Assembly (NCBI GenBank): GCA_964455675.1
Contig: CAYVYK010000004.1
Location: 1-64,000 of the forward strand
Source: an uncultured Methanosarcinales archaeon
Lineage (GTDB): Archaea > Nanobdellota > Nanobdellia > Woesearchaeales > CAYVYK01
DNA: 64,000 nucleotides
Direction of reading: 5' to 3'
A program made the translations under genes and the position numbers. A model generated the notes under the pieces. It was given only the letters and a program-made list of their open reading frames with translations, was not told the origin of the DNA and ran no database searches. Shown here piece by piece: positions 9,851 through 20,922 of this stretch (its first letter is position 1; every line of letters starts with the position of its first letter).

Positions 9851-10682
9851 ATTTGTGCGCAAGGGCTGAGTCAAGCCTATGAATGTATTCTTTTCCAAAT
9901 TTCCCATTTTCGAGATCGTTCTCAAGAAAGATCGGGAGATCCTGCGTGTATTCATCGCAGCAGGATGCGCCAGCGAGGGCGATAGCAGCAACAGTATCCA
10001 CATCACCGGTGTACGCCACGCAGTGCTCGAGAAGGGAGCTTGCTCGGTTATTCGCAACGACCGCTGATACCGCGGCATGAACGCTCAATAGTCCCTGCGC
10101 GCCAACAAAACCCTTCCAAGGGATTGACCAGTCCCCATGAACATATTTTTCTAGATATTCTGGAAGACCCGCTTTTGGACCTTTTACGTGAATGAAATAG
10201 TGAGTCATCAAAGCGGAAGCTACGGCTGCCGCAATCCCGTCCGGAGTATCATGTGTAATGGATGCCTGAATACTTGTGCGCTCGATAACATCATCAACGC
10301 AAGGATAGTAGCCAATTACAGGGGATCTCATCGCCCCGCCGCTTTTGTCGCTCTGAGGCCTGATACGATCGAGAAGATCTTTTCCTGATTTGCATGTTAA
10401 CAAGAATTGGTAAAATGCGCCCGCATACCCAGCTCGTGGATCACGGTGGAAACAGTTGACGAAACTATCGGCAAGAACAACCTTCGTCCAGGGCAGGCCT
10501 GAAAGCATGACTTCAGCGACAGCGATACTCATCTGAGTATCATCGGTATATCTTCCAGGAATCAGGGGGTGCTGTGGATTCTGCACAAACGCTTTAAGGG
10601 TATTATGCTCGGAAACAAATGGCGCGGGCGCGTATTCAAAGCCAGCACCATAGGCATCCCCTTTTGCTAATTCGATAAGCAT
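9840..10682 (-). CDS. ADP-ribosylglycohydrolase (DraG/ARH family)
   Basis: GDAYGAGFE, YTDDTQMS, GGAMR, THD, GDVDTVAAIA. Confidence 0.92.
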   Translation of the reverse strand: MLIELAKGDAYGAGFEYAPAPFVSEHNTLKAFVQNPQHPLIPGRYTDDTQMSIAVAEVMLSGLPWTKVVLADSFVNCFHRDPRAGYAGAFYQFLLTCKSGKDLLDRIRPQSDKSGGAMRSPVIGYYPCVDDVIERTSIQASITHDTPDGIAAAVASALMTHYFIHVKGPKAGLPEYLEKYVHGDWSIPWKGFVGAQGLLSVHAAVSAVVANNRASSLLEHCVAYTGDVDTVAAIALAGASCCDEYTQDLPIFLENDLENGKFGKEYIHRLDSALAHKFIQ

Positions 10683-10769
10683 CCTTTGTGGAAGTGCGGA
10701 AGAGTATATAAAAGTGTTGGTTATACACTATCTTGCATACATTTAAAAATTGTGTCATACTTAGGAAAA

Positions 10770-11306
10770 ATGATGGAAGACGGTATATACTTCAGAATGC
10801 TGGAAAACAAATCAAAGGTGATCATTCGTCGACGGAATAAATTTCGCGCCCGTGCAGAGATACGAAAGACACACTGGGCAAATCATGCGGGCACGTTTAA
10901 CAGAGTCCGAGAAGACGATACGCTTGTTGAACTTATTACTCGCCCAGAAGATAATGGGAATACAGAAGGAGCAGAGAACGGTATAGCGACATACCATGAA
11001 CAGCTGCCACTCCAAGGACCAGGAGCTCTTGAGGTCCGCAATCACCCCAAATTCTACAGAAGCCAGCGACCTTTTGGCAATCATCATAGGAGGACTGAAA
11101 TCCGGACCCATCACGGTCTAGTTGCGGCACTATACACAATACATAGCGGGGATATGCATCAAGACCAATACCATACCGTTTCAGGATTAGATCGAGAACG
11201 GCTACGGACGGCGCAATCTCTCAGAGATCGCGGAAAGGAATTCGATCCTTCAATGATCGCGCGTCTCGGATACCGAGAACTAGCCACATACAGCCGCAAC
11301 AGATAA
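10770..11306 (+). CDS. Hypothetical basic, His/Arg-rich protein
   Basis: ORF with ATG about 28 nt after a TTTAAAAA box; no recognisable motif. Confidence 0.55.
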   Translation: MMEDGIYFRMLENKSKVIIRRRNKFRARAEIRKTHWANHAGTFNRVREDDTLVELITRPEDNGNTEGAENGIATYHEQLPLQGPGALEVRNHPKFYRSQRPFGNHHRRTEIRTHHGLVAALYTIHSGDMHQDQYHTVSGLDRERLRTAQSLRDRGKEFDPSMIARLGYRELATYSRNR

Positions 11307-11331
11307 ATACACCAAAAGATTCCGTACTTTC

Positions 11332-11763
11332 ATGAACCTTGTTCGAGAATTCTTATCAACGGTTTACGTCGTCCATGAAGGAAAAGTCCTCATGACTTGG
11401 AATAAAAAAATCAAATCATGGATTCCTGTCGGAGGGCATATCGAACCAAACGAACTGCCATGCAGTTCCGTGATAAGAGAAGCCAAGGAAGAGTCTGGAC
11501 TCGATATCAGACTTGTATCCCCCTTTGACAAATCAAGAACAGGAAATCTTGTGCAGCCAGTACATGTGCACCTTGACCATATCAAGGAAGACCACGAGCA
11601 TATCAATCTCATCTATTTTGGCGTTGTCACAGGTGGAACATTGCTTCCTGAAAGCGACGAACAAACACCCTTACGGTGGTTTACAAAGAACGAAATCGAA
11701 CAGGAGGAGTTATTACCAAGCATCAAGGAATGGGCGCTCAATGCGCTCATACACCTTGGATGA
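11332..11763 (+). CDS. NUDIX hydrolase
   Basis: Nudix box GGHIEPNELPCSSVIREAKEESGL. Confidence 0.92.
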   Translation: MNLVREFLSTVYVVHEGKVLMTWNKKIKSWIPVGGHIEPNELPCSSVIREAKEESGLDIRLVSPFDKSRTGNLVQPVHVHLDHIKEDHEHINLIYFGVVTGGTLLPESDEQTPLRWFTKNEIEQEELLPSIKEWALNALIHLG

Positions 11764-11814
11764 ATCTCTGGCATATTGGTAAATATTTTATAGGATGATC
11801 AACTCCCATGAACC

Positions 11815-12546
11815 ATGGATCCTGAGATCTTTGATGTGCACGATCGTACACCGGTCGCAAACGTGTGCAACCAGACACTGAGGGAAGTCGTCACGCTCCC
11901 CACGGCAAGCATAGCGCATGTCACAATGGACATCGGAGATGAATCACTCCTTCATAGGCATGCAAGGATGTGCGAGATCTACTTTGGACTGCACGGATCG
12001 GGAGAACTCCAAGCTGACGATAATCTCTATGCATTTCGAAAAGAATCATGCGTCGTCATCCCTCGAGGCAACGGACACAGACTTTACAATACAGGAGGAT
12101 CACTTCTTGAGCATTTTGTCATCGCAGCGCCCCCATTCCAATCGAGTGATGTCGAAGTTTTGCAGGATACTGATTACCCAAGTATCGTGCAGGAACCTCA
12201 ATGGCATTCAAGGATGGTGCAAGCACGCGATGGCGCAATCGTCCACGAACTCCTTCGGCCCGTATGCAGGACCGAACTCAACGTCTCCCTAGCAATTGGA
12301 GAGCTTCTAAGAGACCAAAAAGCTATGCCTCATATCCACAGGTACTGTAATGAGGTTTACTATGTGATGCAAGGCCATGGAAGGGTGCAGCTCGACGGAA
12401 GAAATGCGTCAATACGTCCCGGAACTGTTGTGATTATACCTCCCCACACCCTGCACGCGCTCAAGAATAACGACTCAAGCCCACTACGCATACTCTGTGT
12501 TTCATCGCCAGCGTACCGGGATGACGATTTCCACACCGCGACATGA
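11815..12546 (+). CDS. Bicupin (tandem cupin-domain) protein
   Basis: Two HxH..E..Y..GxG / IP..H.L.N cupin motif pairs. Confidence 0.88.
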   Translation: MDPEIFDVHDRTPVANVCNQTLREVVTLPTASIAHVTMDIGDESLLHRHARMCEIYFGLHGSGELQADDNLYAFRKESCVVIPRGNGHRLYNTGGSLLEHFVIAAPPFQSSDVEVLQDTDYPSIVQEPQWHSRMVQARDGAIVHELLRPVCRTELNVSLAIGELLRDQKAMPHIHRYCNEVYYVMQGHGRVQLDGRNASIRPGTVVIIPPHTLHALKNNDSSPLRILCVSSPAYRDDDFHTAT

Positions 12547-12549
12547 TGC

Positions 12550-13520
12550 TTACCTGAAATCTTCCTGGATGATCACAGGAATCAGTTCTAAGAAATCTGA
12601 AGCGACAAAACCAACACCCCTGGATCGAGCAAGAACGTCACCAATCTGGCCATTAATATATGCCCCCGCGCAGGCAGACGTGAAGAGATCATTCCCTTGG
12701 GCGACAAAACCGGTGCATATTCCAGCAAGAACATCACCAGTCCCACCAACAGTCATTCCGGCATTACCGGTCTTATTCTTCACTTCTTTCTTCGCTGAGA
12801 GAATGTCATCAATCTCGCCTTTCAGCAGGATGACATTATTCCTCATATGCTTCTTGAGATCGTGGCGGTACAGTCGTGAATTCTCAAGCAGCAGATCGAG
12901 TTCCTTGTAATGAGGAGTCAGAATACAATTATTCAAGTCCTGGATTCGCACAGCCTTGATTGCATCAGCGTCCAGAATGATTGGCTTGTTTCTCTTCACG
13001 AGTTCCTTTACTATGAGCTGCACAAACGATTTGGCCTGGAGAGTAACACCATTTCCTATGAGCACGGCATGATACTTTTCTGACATCCGGACGAGATCCT
13101 TGATATGTACATTTGAGAAGTAGTCGCCCTTCATTTTCGTCGTTAGAATGTCTGGGCTGAGTGCGTTGATTGCCCAGGCCACTTTTGAGGGAGCGGCAAC
13201 CATGACAAGATCAACGCCCGAACGATATGATGCCATAGCGGCAAGATATGCCGCGCCAGGGTAGTCCTTTGATCCTGCGATGACAAGTACGCGACCGTTC
13301 TGCCCCTTATGGCTTGTTGCCGTGCGCTTTTTTATCTTGATATCTGATATCNNNNNNNNNNNNNNNNNNNNNNNNNNNNNNNNNNNNNNNNNNNNNNNNN
13401 NNNNNNNNNNNNNNNNNNNNNNNNNNNNNNNNNNNNNNNNNNNNNNNNNNNGTTCTGCCCCTTATGGCTTGTTGCCGTGCGCTTTTTTATCTTGATATCT
13501 GATATCCTCAAGTACTGCAT
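12550..13520 (-). CDS. nnrD: NAD(P)H-hydrate dehydratase (YjeF-C/NnrD), spanning an artefactual gap
   Basis: SHKGQNGRVLVIAGSKDYPGAA, LDADA, ILTPH, GGTGDVLAG; collapsing the 55-bp duplicate and the Ns gives 816 nt in frame from MQYLRISDIK. Confidence 0.88.
13297..13506. other. Scaffold gap (100 N, 13352-13451) flanked by an exact 55-bp duplicate; assembly artefact
   Basis: 13297-13351 is identical to 13452-13506. Confidence 0.92.
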
Positions 13521-13689
13521 AGCTCGATTATGTCGGTTGAGGTTTATAAATGTTATCTCAGGTTCCAGCACGTTCGTACGGGAGCGATTGCTTGCATTGA
13601 CATGATACCTCATCCGTACCGTCATAGAAGAGTAGGACAACAAACAGCACTCGGGTAAGTTTAATAAGGCCTGGAATTCTCTTGATTTG

Positions 13690-14241
13690 ATGGACGATAC
13701 GCCCTCACAGGAGACGGATGAACCATCGAATGGCCCCCTGAGTGATGAGCCATGGTGGAAGCCATACTTCATACGAGTGATCGCGGTAATTCTCATTCTC
13801 ATGATCGCATCACTTGCCCTGTTCAGTGTAGGAGTTGAGCGTGTCATAAGCGTTGTGGAAGCACCCCGAATAGGGGGTAATACCATTGAGATGAAGGGTG
13901 TACGTATAACGCTAGGCGAGAACGTTCTCCTTCGTCTGCGTGACGAGTTCCTGTCACATCCTGAGAGGGAGATCAAAGCCTGCCTCTACGGCAATAAGAA
14001 AGGGACAGACTATGCCATCACGAGCATCACGTTTCCTACGGTATTATCAGCAAATGTTATGCATATCTCGACCGAGGGATGCCCGACGTCTGCACTCATA
14101 GATCTCCATAGCCATCCGATCAACCAATGCATACCCTCTGAAGTGGATATCAATTCCTACAACGCAAGGAAAGGCTCAAATCCAGATCTTGTGATGATGA
14201 TCATGTGCAATACGGATAGGTTTGCCGTATATGTTGATTAG
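13690..14241 (+). CDS. Membrane-anchored JAB/MPN+ (JAMM) metalloprotease-like protein
   Basis: N-terminal TM; E(I)KACLYG followed by HSH-x7-S-x2-D (HSHPINQCIPSEVD). Confidence 0.75.
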   Translation: MDDTPSQETDEPSNGPLSDEPWWKPYFIRVIAVILILMIASLALFSVGVERVISVVEAPRIGGNTIEMKGVRITLGENVLLRLRDEFLSHPEREIKACLYGNKKGTDYAITSITFPTVLSANVMHISTEGCPTSALIDLHSHPINQCIPSEVDINSYNARKGSNPDLVMMIMCNTDRFAVYVD

Positions 14242-14301
14242 GATATTCTGATCATTCATTATACCGAAAAACCTAAATAGGGATATGGGTTGTATCGGAA
14301 T

Positions 14302-14499
14302 ATGACTCGAGACAGTGCAGAAAAAGCAATTTATCCGGAAGCTCTTCCAGCAATCCATTTGCCAGAAAAGCCGATGACAGATGCGGAAATTGAGCACAGA
14401 AAGGTCCGGAACAGAGTCATTGGCGTCGCTATCGGAATTGTCCTTGTGAGCGCAGTTATCGCCTTGTCAACGGTATCGTACGTTGAATTTCTTGGTTAG
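14302..14499 (+). CDS. Small single-TM protein
   Basis: 65-aa ORF with a C-terminal hydrophobic helix; TATA-like CCTAAATA upstream. Confidence 0.55.
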   Translation: MTRDSAEKAIYPEALPAIHLPEKPMTDAEIEHRKVRNRVIGVAIGIVLVSAVIALSTVSYVEFLG

Positions 14500-17400
14500 A
14501 TCTTATTAAAGAAAATCCAGACTCCGCGATCTTTGACTTTTTCCGTAAACGAATGCACGTGCGCCTTCGCGGGATCATTTGAAGAGATCGTCATAATCTT
14601 CGCGGCGGTCTTCTCCCTGATCGTTGCTTCATGACGCTTGAGCTTCAGGGCAAGATCAGGATCAGTCTTGATGAACAAGGAGATTTTATCACTTCGCTCG
14701 AGCTCAGCGGACTTCCTTGCCTGCTGAATCCTGCGAATGACTTCACGAGCATACCCTTCAGCCTCAAGAATCTCGTCCATTTGCGTGTTCACGTACGCAA
14801 ATCCTGAGCGGAATTCAACCTCGATGTACGGCTGAGGAACTACTCGGTCCACCATGACGTATTCACGTACGATATTATACTCCTTGCCGTCGACTTTCAT
14901 GACAAACTTACCTTGCTTTGCCATGCTCTGAAGTATGGTTTCCGCGCTTTCCATTGTGAGCCGTGCAATGATTTTCGGAGTAGCTTCACCTAGGTCAGGC
15001 CCCATCTTGGAGAAGTCAGCACGCAGCGATGTGCGAACTTTCGAAAAAGACCTTGTGACCACAATATTCTTGACGTTCAACTGGCTCAAAATGTGATTTC
15101 GGAGCGACTCAACAGCCTCAACAGTCTTTGCATCCTCGGTAACAATAATGAGCTCAGGGAGAGGCCATCGCACTCCGCGCTGAGCCTTTTCGCGGGCGGA
15201 GAGCGCGCTCTGCACAACGCTATTCATGATTGTCACGCTATGCTCAAGCGGCCGGTCCATCAAACGCTCATCATACGCAGGCCAGTTGAAAGAAGAAATA
15301 CTCTCTTCCTTAAGGCCAAGACACTCTTTGACGTTCTGATACATCCGCTCGCAAACCATAGGAGCAAGTGGATACATAATCTTTAGCGTGACCATGAGGG
15401 CATGATACATAGCATACATCGCGTTCTGTTTTTCCTCGTCAGTTCCTGAAACGAGTTTCTCGCGCATGAGCTGTATATACGTTCTTGATAGCGAAAGGTA
15501 GAGATCCTCGATCGCGGTTGGAACCTCGTTCAAACGATACGAATCATATAGCTCGGTAACATGCTTCAACGTCGTGTTCGTCTTTGACAGCATAAATCGT
15601 TCCAGGACTTCAAATTCGTCTTTGGAGCGATGGCCTTTCAGGCTGTCAACGGTAGTACCCAGTTCTTTTGCGTATTCAAGAATATATTTGTGCACGTTCC
15701 ACAAGACGAGCAAGTTTTTGCTTCTGACTTGGAGGTCGTCCTCATTGAAATTGAGGTCAAATCCAGGGTTTGCGGCACCGATCATGTAGCATCGCAAGGT
15801 ATCGGCGCCATACTTCTCAATGTACTCATGCGGAAGGATATAATTCCCCTGGGATTTACTCATCTTCCGACCAAGAGCGTCATTGATGAATCCGTGCATG
15901 TATACTGCCTTGTACGGGTGCTTCTTGAATCCTAACATGGATGCTATGAGCAATAAATTGAACCAACCGCGTATCTGGTCCTTACCCTCAAGAATGAAAT
16001 CAGCCGGGAACAAACGATTGAAATGCTCCTTCGTCTGGGGGAAATCAAGACATGTCCAGCTTGTCGTTCCCGCATCAATCCAGACATCCAGGACGTCTGG
16101 AACGCGAGTCATCATTCCACCGCACGAATGCTTCCAGCACACATCATCAATCCACGGCTTGTGAAGGTTTTCAGGCACATGCCCAGCGAATTTCTTCAGT
16201 TCGTCGACAGTCGCAACGACCTCAACATGATGACACTTGTCACATACCCATATTGGCGCTGGCGTACCCCAATAGTTTTGGCGCGTAATGCTATTGTCCC
16301 GAAGGTTAGCAAGCCAGCTATCAAACTGACGCTCACCAGCCCAGTCAGGAACCCAGAGCACTTCCTTATTTTTCGCGCGCATCTCCTCCTTCAAATCCTC
16401 AACCCTGAAGAACCACTGCTTCGTCGTGCGGAATATTACCGGCTGATGGCAGCGCCAGCAGTGTGCATACTCATGAGATACCGGTGTCTCAGCGATGAGG
16501 ACATTTCTCGCCCTCAAGGCCTCAGTGAATTGCTTGTTCTGTTTCTTTGCGTGCAGACCAGAAAAACCGCCCATACCATCAGGGTAGAATCCATATTGAT
16601 CAAGAGTGTTAAACGGAGGTATGCCATTCTTGTACCCTATCTCGTAGTCCTCTGGGCCACAGCCGGGAGCCATGTGAACGAGACCGCTTCCGGCGTCAAG
16701 CGTCACATACTCAGAAGACATGACTACCGTATGGACCTTCTTACTCATTGATTTCAACCGGTCGTAATGCTCCTTGAGTTCGTCATAAAACGGGTGTTCA
16801 TACTCCAAACCCTCAAGCTTATCCCCGGTAAATTCCTCAATCACCGAGAAACGCTTTTCGGCAACAGCCTGGATGACGGGACCTGCCAATCCTTTTGCGA
16901 GAATCCATACCTCATCTTCGACCTGGCAGCGAACGTACTCAAGTTCAGGATTTGCCATGATACCAAGATTAAACGCAATCGTCCAAGGAGTCGTCGTCCA
17001 AATAATCAGGTACTCCTTCGGCCTAGCCTTGATTGGGAATTTCACAAAGATGGAGTCTTCCATGACCTCCTTGTATTCTAACTCGTGCTTGGAAAGCGAA
17101 GTACCACAGTCCCAGCACCAGTGCATCGACTTCTCTCCCTCGTATAACCTGCCATCCGTGTGAGCTTTCTTGATGAGCCACCATATACCCTCAATGAATG
17201 ACTGCTTCAAAGGGATGTATGGATTCTCCCAGTCCATCCAGATGCCCAGGCGCTTGAAGTCATCAATCATGGTATTCATGTTTTCTGTGGACAGATTCGC
17301 GCACTCAATACTGAACTTGTCAAGGCCATGCTTTGGAATATCATCCTTAAATTTGAGGCCAAGCTTTGCCATCGTCTTATGCTCGGTTGGCATTCCATGC

Positions 17401-17645
17401 ATGTCAAAACCTGGCCTGTCCCACACGTCAAAACCGGCCATGCGCTTATAGCGCATGACCATGTCACGAAGCGCTTTACCCCAAGCTTGGCCCAGGTGAA
17501 TCCTTCCGGATGTGTACGGAGGGCCGTCAAGATAGTAGAACTTCTCGCGGCCGGCCTTTCGGGATTTCTTGTAAATGCCATGCTCGTCCCAAAATGAAAG
17601 GATTTCGGTTTCAACTTCCTTAGGGTTATAGTTTTGAATTTTCAT
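14496..17645 (-). CDS. ileS: Isoleucyl-tRNA synthetase
   Basis: DGPPYTSGRIHLGQ, WTTTPWT, EGKDQIRGWF, KMSKS. Confidence 0.97.
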   Translation of the reverse strand: MKIQNYNPKEVETEILSFWDEHGIYKKSRKAGREKFYYLDGPPYTSGRIHLGQAWGKALRDMVMRYKRMAGFDVWDRPGFDMHGMPTEHKTMAKLGLKFKDDIPKHGLDKFSIECANLSTENMNTMIDDFKRLGIWMDWENPYIPLKQSFIEGIWWLIKKAHTDGRLYEGEKSMHWCWDCGTSLSKHELEYKEVMEDSIFVKFPIKARPKEYLIIWTTTPWTIAFNLGIMANPELEYVRCQVEDEVWILAKGLAGPVIQAVAEKRFSVIEEFTGDKLEGLEYEHPFYDELKEHYDRLKSMSKKVHTVVMSSEYVTLDAGSGLVHMAPGCGPEDYEIGYKNGIPPFNTLDQYGFYPDGMGGFSGLHAKKQNKQFTEALRARNVLIAETPVSHEYAHCWRCHQPVIFRTTKQWFFRVEDLKEEMRAKNKEVLWVPDWAGERQFDSWLANLRDNSITRQNYWGTPAPIWVCDKCHHVEVVATVDELKKFAGHVPENLHKPWIDDVCWKHSCGGMMTRVPDVLDVWIDAGTTSWTCLDFPQTKEHFNRLFPADFILEGKDQIRGWFNLLLIASMLGFKKHPYKAVYMHGFINDALGRKMSKSQGNYILPHEYIEKYGADTLRCYMIGAANPGFDLNFNEDDLQVRSKNLLVLWNVHKYILEYAKELGTTVDSLKGHRSKDEFEVLERFMLSKTNTTLKHVTELYDSYRLNEVPTAIEDLYLSLSRTYIQLMREKLVSGTDEEKQNAMYAMYHALMVTLKIMYPLAPMVCERMYQNVKECLGLKEESISSFNWPAYDERLMDRPLEHSVTIMNSVVQSALSAREKAQRGVRWPLPELIIVTEDAKTVEAVESLRNHILSQLNVKNIVVTRSFSKVRTSLRADFSKMGPDLGEATPKIIARLTMESAETILQSMAKQGKFVMKVDGKEYNIVREYVMVDRVVPQPYIEVEFRSGFAYVNTQMDEILEAEGYAREVIRRIQQARKSAELERSDKISLFIKTDPDLALKLKRHEATIREKTAAKIMTISSNDPAKAHVHSFTEKVKDRGVWIFFNKI

Positions 17646-17893
17646 GCTCTCTCGCTTTTTCGTTTTTCTGGACGCATATAAATCTATCTGCCCGCCAAAG
17701 CAACGAGCAGAAGGGGAAAGGATATCTACCAGCTAATAATGGAAATATCTGGGGAAACAGTCAAGGAAATAGTATTCACATCGACAATCATGCCGCAAGG
17801 GACGCTTTTCATGGAGTATGTTAATCACGAGGACCTATAAAAATTTTGTGTGCGACAATACTTTTTTATACCACCACGAACGACGTGTGTTTC

Positions 17894-19045
17894 ATGGGAA
17901 GCGTATACAAACCAGACTATCATGGGGGGAGCATTGTCAACCTGATGGCAACGCTAGAACATGCCATGGGGGGAAAGAGCAAGTACCCGCAACTAAAGAA
18001 TCTTGCACCTGAGGATATCAGGAAGTACAAAAACATCATCCTTCTCGTCATCGACGGGCTTGGATATGATTATGTCAAGAATCACGCGAGGGGATCATTC
18101 CTCGAACGCCACACGAAGGGATCCATGACAAGCGTTTTCCCCTCGACTACCGGAGCCTGCATCCCCACATTTGCGACGGGTGTAGCGCCCCAGCAGCATG
18201 GGTTCACTGGATGGTTCATCCTTTTTAGGGAAATCGGAAGCATCGCCAAAAGCCTCCCATTCCAGCCAAGGTATAACTCCATCGGTTACAGCATGCATGG
18301 GATACCAATCGGCGGGATATTCAATGAAAAAAGTTTTTCAGACAAGATAAAAAGGCCCTCATACATCATATCTGATGCAAGCATCAATAAGAGCGATTTT
18401 GCAGTAGCAGCAGGAGGAAGCGCTAAACACATCGGAACAACAAACATGAAGGAATTCTTTACGGCAATCAGAAAAACAGCACAAAAACCTGGAAAGAAAT
18501 TCATCTACGGATACTGGCTCGAATGGGACAAGATTTGCCATCACTATGGACTCCCGCATCCAAGCGGAAAACAGCATCTCAAGAGGCTTGACAAGCAGTG
18601 TGCCCTCCTCGAAAAACTGAAAGACACGTGCGTCATTGTCACGGCGGATCATGGATTTGTTCATACCCCTACGAGCAGGATGCTGCATATCGAGCATTAT
18701 CCAAAGCTCCATGAATGCCTGTCCCTGCCGCTCTGCGGAGACCGGCGTGTGCTGTACGCCTACGTGAAAGTGGCAAAGCGAACCCAATTCGAGCGTGAAG
18801 CGCAGAAACTTCACAAATATTTCACGTTCCAAAAAAGCGCCGATGTCATCAGAAAAGGATGGTTTGGCCTCGGAAAGGCAAATCCAAAGCTCATTGATAG
18901 GATCGGTGATTATGTTATCATGATGAAGGAAAATTATGTCCTCATGGACGATATCTTAGGATCAAAACGGTCCCTGCACTTTGGCAATCATTCAGGCGTG
19001 AGCCACGAGGAAATGTATGTCCCCCTCATACTGGTCACTTCTTGA
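17894..19045 (+). CDS. Alkaline phosphatase superfamily / type I phosphodiesterase
   Basis: LLVIDGLG, SVFPSTT, VTADHG, HSGVSHEEMYVPL. Confidence 0.88.
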   Translation: MGSVYKPDYHGGSIVNLMATLEHAMGGKSKYPQLKNLAPEDIRKYKNIILLVIDGLGYDYVKNHARGSFLERHTKGSMTSVFPSTTGACIPTFATGVAPQQHGFTGWFILFREIGSIAKSLPFQPRYNSIGYSMHGIPIGGIFNEKSFSDKIKRPSYIISDASINKSDFAVAAGGSAKHIGTTNMKEFFTAIRKTAQKPGKKFIYGYWLEWDKICHHYGLPHPSGKQHLKRLDKQCALLEKLKDTCVIVTADHGFVHTPTSRMLHIEHYPKLHECLSLPLCGDRRVLYAYVKVAKRTQFEREAQKLHKYFTFQKSADVIRKGWFGLGKANPKLIDRIGDYVIMMKENYVLMDDILGSKRSLHFGNHSGVSHEEMYVPLILVTS

Positions 19046-19088
19046 GAGCCATATACATTTATAAACAGCAATAACCTATCCCAAAGGC

Positions 19089-19667
19089 ATGGTGGTCAAC
19101 GAGACTGCAGTGCTTACGCAGCATCCTCTTGAGTTCCTGAACACAATACTCTTTGGTGTTGTCAACAAGATCATTATCGCGGCGGTGACTCTCCTTGCGG
19201 GATTCATCATCGGAAGGATCACGGGAAGGCTGATCGCCGTCATTCTTAGCCAATTCGAAATATCAAAGTCAATCAGCAGGGTCTACCGAATAGGATTCTC
19301 TATTGAAGACGTCATCGGAAGGATCGTGAGCTATGTCATCTATTTCCTCACTTTGCTCCTTACACTCCAGCAGTTCAAGCTAGCCGAGGGAGTCGTCACG
19401 GTAGCGGCGATCGTTGTGGCAGTAGTCGTTCTAGTTCACGTATTCGTGGGCATGCAGGATTTTGTCTCAAACGCCATTGCAGGATTGAAGGTACTGCAGA
19501 CAAAATACGTTAAGGTTGGGCAGACTGTCAAAGTAGGTACAATCACAGGAGCAGTCGTGCGGACAACACTTACTGAAACCGTCGTCAAAACAAAGGAGGG
19601 GGACATACTCCATATTCCGAATAAGATACTATCCCGCAGCATCGTTATCGTGATCAAGAAACCATGA
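19089..19667 (+). CDS. Short MscS-family mechanosensitive channel protein
   Basis: TM helices, [25 protein letters not shown]; lacks the C-terminal domain. Confidence 0.75.
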   Translation: MVVNETAVLTQHPLEFLNTILFGVVNKIIIAAVTLLAGFIIGRITGRLIAVILSQFEISKSISRVYRIGFSIEDVIGRIVSYVIYFLTLLLTLQQFKLAEGVVTVAAIVVAVVVLVHVFVGMQDFVSNAIAGLKVLQTKYVKVGQTVKVGTITGAVVRTTLTETVVKTKEGDILHIPNKILSRSIVIVIKKP

Positions 19668-20905
19668 AACACCTCAGAAGCGATCCGGAAATCTATGAAG
19701 CAGTTCTTGGGGAAATTCGACGCCAACAGCATGTCATTGAACTCATCGCGTCGGAAAACATCGTGAGCATGGCAGTGCTCGAAGCGATGGGCACGCCGCT
19801 CACGAACAAGTACAGCGAAGGCATGCCAAGCAAGAGATACTATGGCGGCAATCACTTTATCGATATCTCAGAGAACCTCGCCGTTCAACGAGCGAAGAAA
19901 CTCTTCGGAGCGGATCATGCGAACGTCCAACCACACTCAGGATCATCGGCAAATATGGAAGCATATTTTTCAGTACTCAATCTGCACGACAAGATCCTTG
20001 GCATGAGTCTTGCGCATGGAGGGCATATCACGCACGGACTACCCATAAGCTTCTCGGGGAAATTCTACGAATTCTCGCACTATGGCGTCGACCGAGAAAC
20101 AGAACAGATTAACTACGACGAGATCAGAGAAATCGCGGTCCGCGAACGGCCGAAACTTGTCGTCGCAGGAGCAAGCGCATACCCACGACAGATCAATTTC
20201 GCGAAATTTAGGGAAATTTGCGATGAAATAGGCGCAATGCTTATGGTGGACATGGCCCATTTTGCTGGGCTCGTTGCGGCAAAACTTCACCCTGACCCCA
20301 TTCCTTACGCTGACATTGTCACGACGACGACGCATAAAACACTTCGCGGACCGCGCGGCGCGATGATTCTCTGCAAGGAAAAATACGCAAAGTCAGTCGA
20401 TAAAGCGGTATTTCCCGGAATGCAAGGAGGACCTCTGGACCATGTGATCGCCGCTAAAGCAGTCGCGTTTGGGGAAGCATTGCAGCCGGCGTTTAAAGAA
20501 TACCAGCAGCAGATACTTAAGAATGCAAGAACGCTTGCGGACGAACTTAGTGCGCACGGTTTCCGGCTGGTTTCGGGAGGTACGGACACGCACCTCATCC
20601 TCGTTGACCTATCGTCAAAGGGGATCAGCGGGCAAGAAGCGGAGATTGCGCTCGATAGTGTTGGCATATGCTGCAATAAGAATATGATCCCTTTTGACCC
20701 ACGAAAACCCATGGATCCGTCAGGGATTAGGCTTGGGACTCCGGCAGTAACAACACGGGGGCTCAAGGAAGAGGACATGAAGCAGATCGCCGAATGGATA
20801 TCACGAGTACTCAGCAATCCAGCGAGTGAAACCATCAAGAAGGATATTGCGGGCGAAGTACTCACGCTTACGGAACGATATCCGATCTATCCTGAATTCA
20901 CATGA
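19664..20905 (+). CDS. glyA: Serine hydroxymethyltransferase (bacterial-type)
   Basis: [41 protein letters not shown]. Confidence 0.97.
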   Translation: MKHLRSDPEIYEAVLGEIRRQQHVIELIASENIVSMAVLEAMGTPLTNKYSEGMPSKRYYGGNHFIDISENLAVQRAKKLFGADHANVQPHSGSSANMEAYFSVLNLHDKILGMSLAHGGHITHGLPISFSGKFYEFSHYGVDRETEQINYDEIREIAVRERPKLVVAGASAYPRQINFAKFREICDEIGAMLMVDMAHFAGLVAAKLHPDPIPYADIVTTTTHKTLRGPRGAMILCKEKYAKSVDKAVFPGMQGGPLDHVIAAKAVAFGEALQPAFKEYQQQILKNARTLADELSAHGFRLVSGGTDTHLILVDLSSKGISGQEAEIALDSVGICCNKNMIPFDPRKPMDPSGIRLGTPAVTTRGLKEEDMKQIAEWISRVLSNPASETIKKDIAGEVLTLTERYPIYPEFT

Positions 20906-20922
20906 CACGGAGAACGAGTCGT

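Noticed and set aside
13297..13506. Direct repeats as target-site duplication of a mobile element
   Set aside because: An exact 55-bp overlap around a 100-N placeholder that restores the reading frame when collapsed; assembly artefact
13332..13976. 214-aa minus ORF running through the N gap
   Set aside because: Composite of sequence antisense to the JAMM gene and the true nnrD N-terminus
17726..17812. 28-aa minus ORF (MKSVPCG...) upstream of ileS with a TATA-like box
   Set aside because: Too short and no recognisable motif
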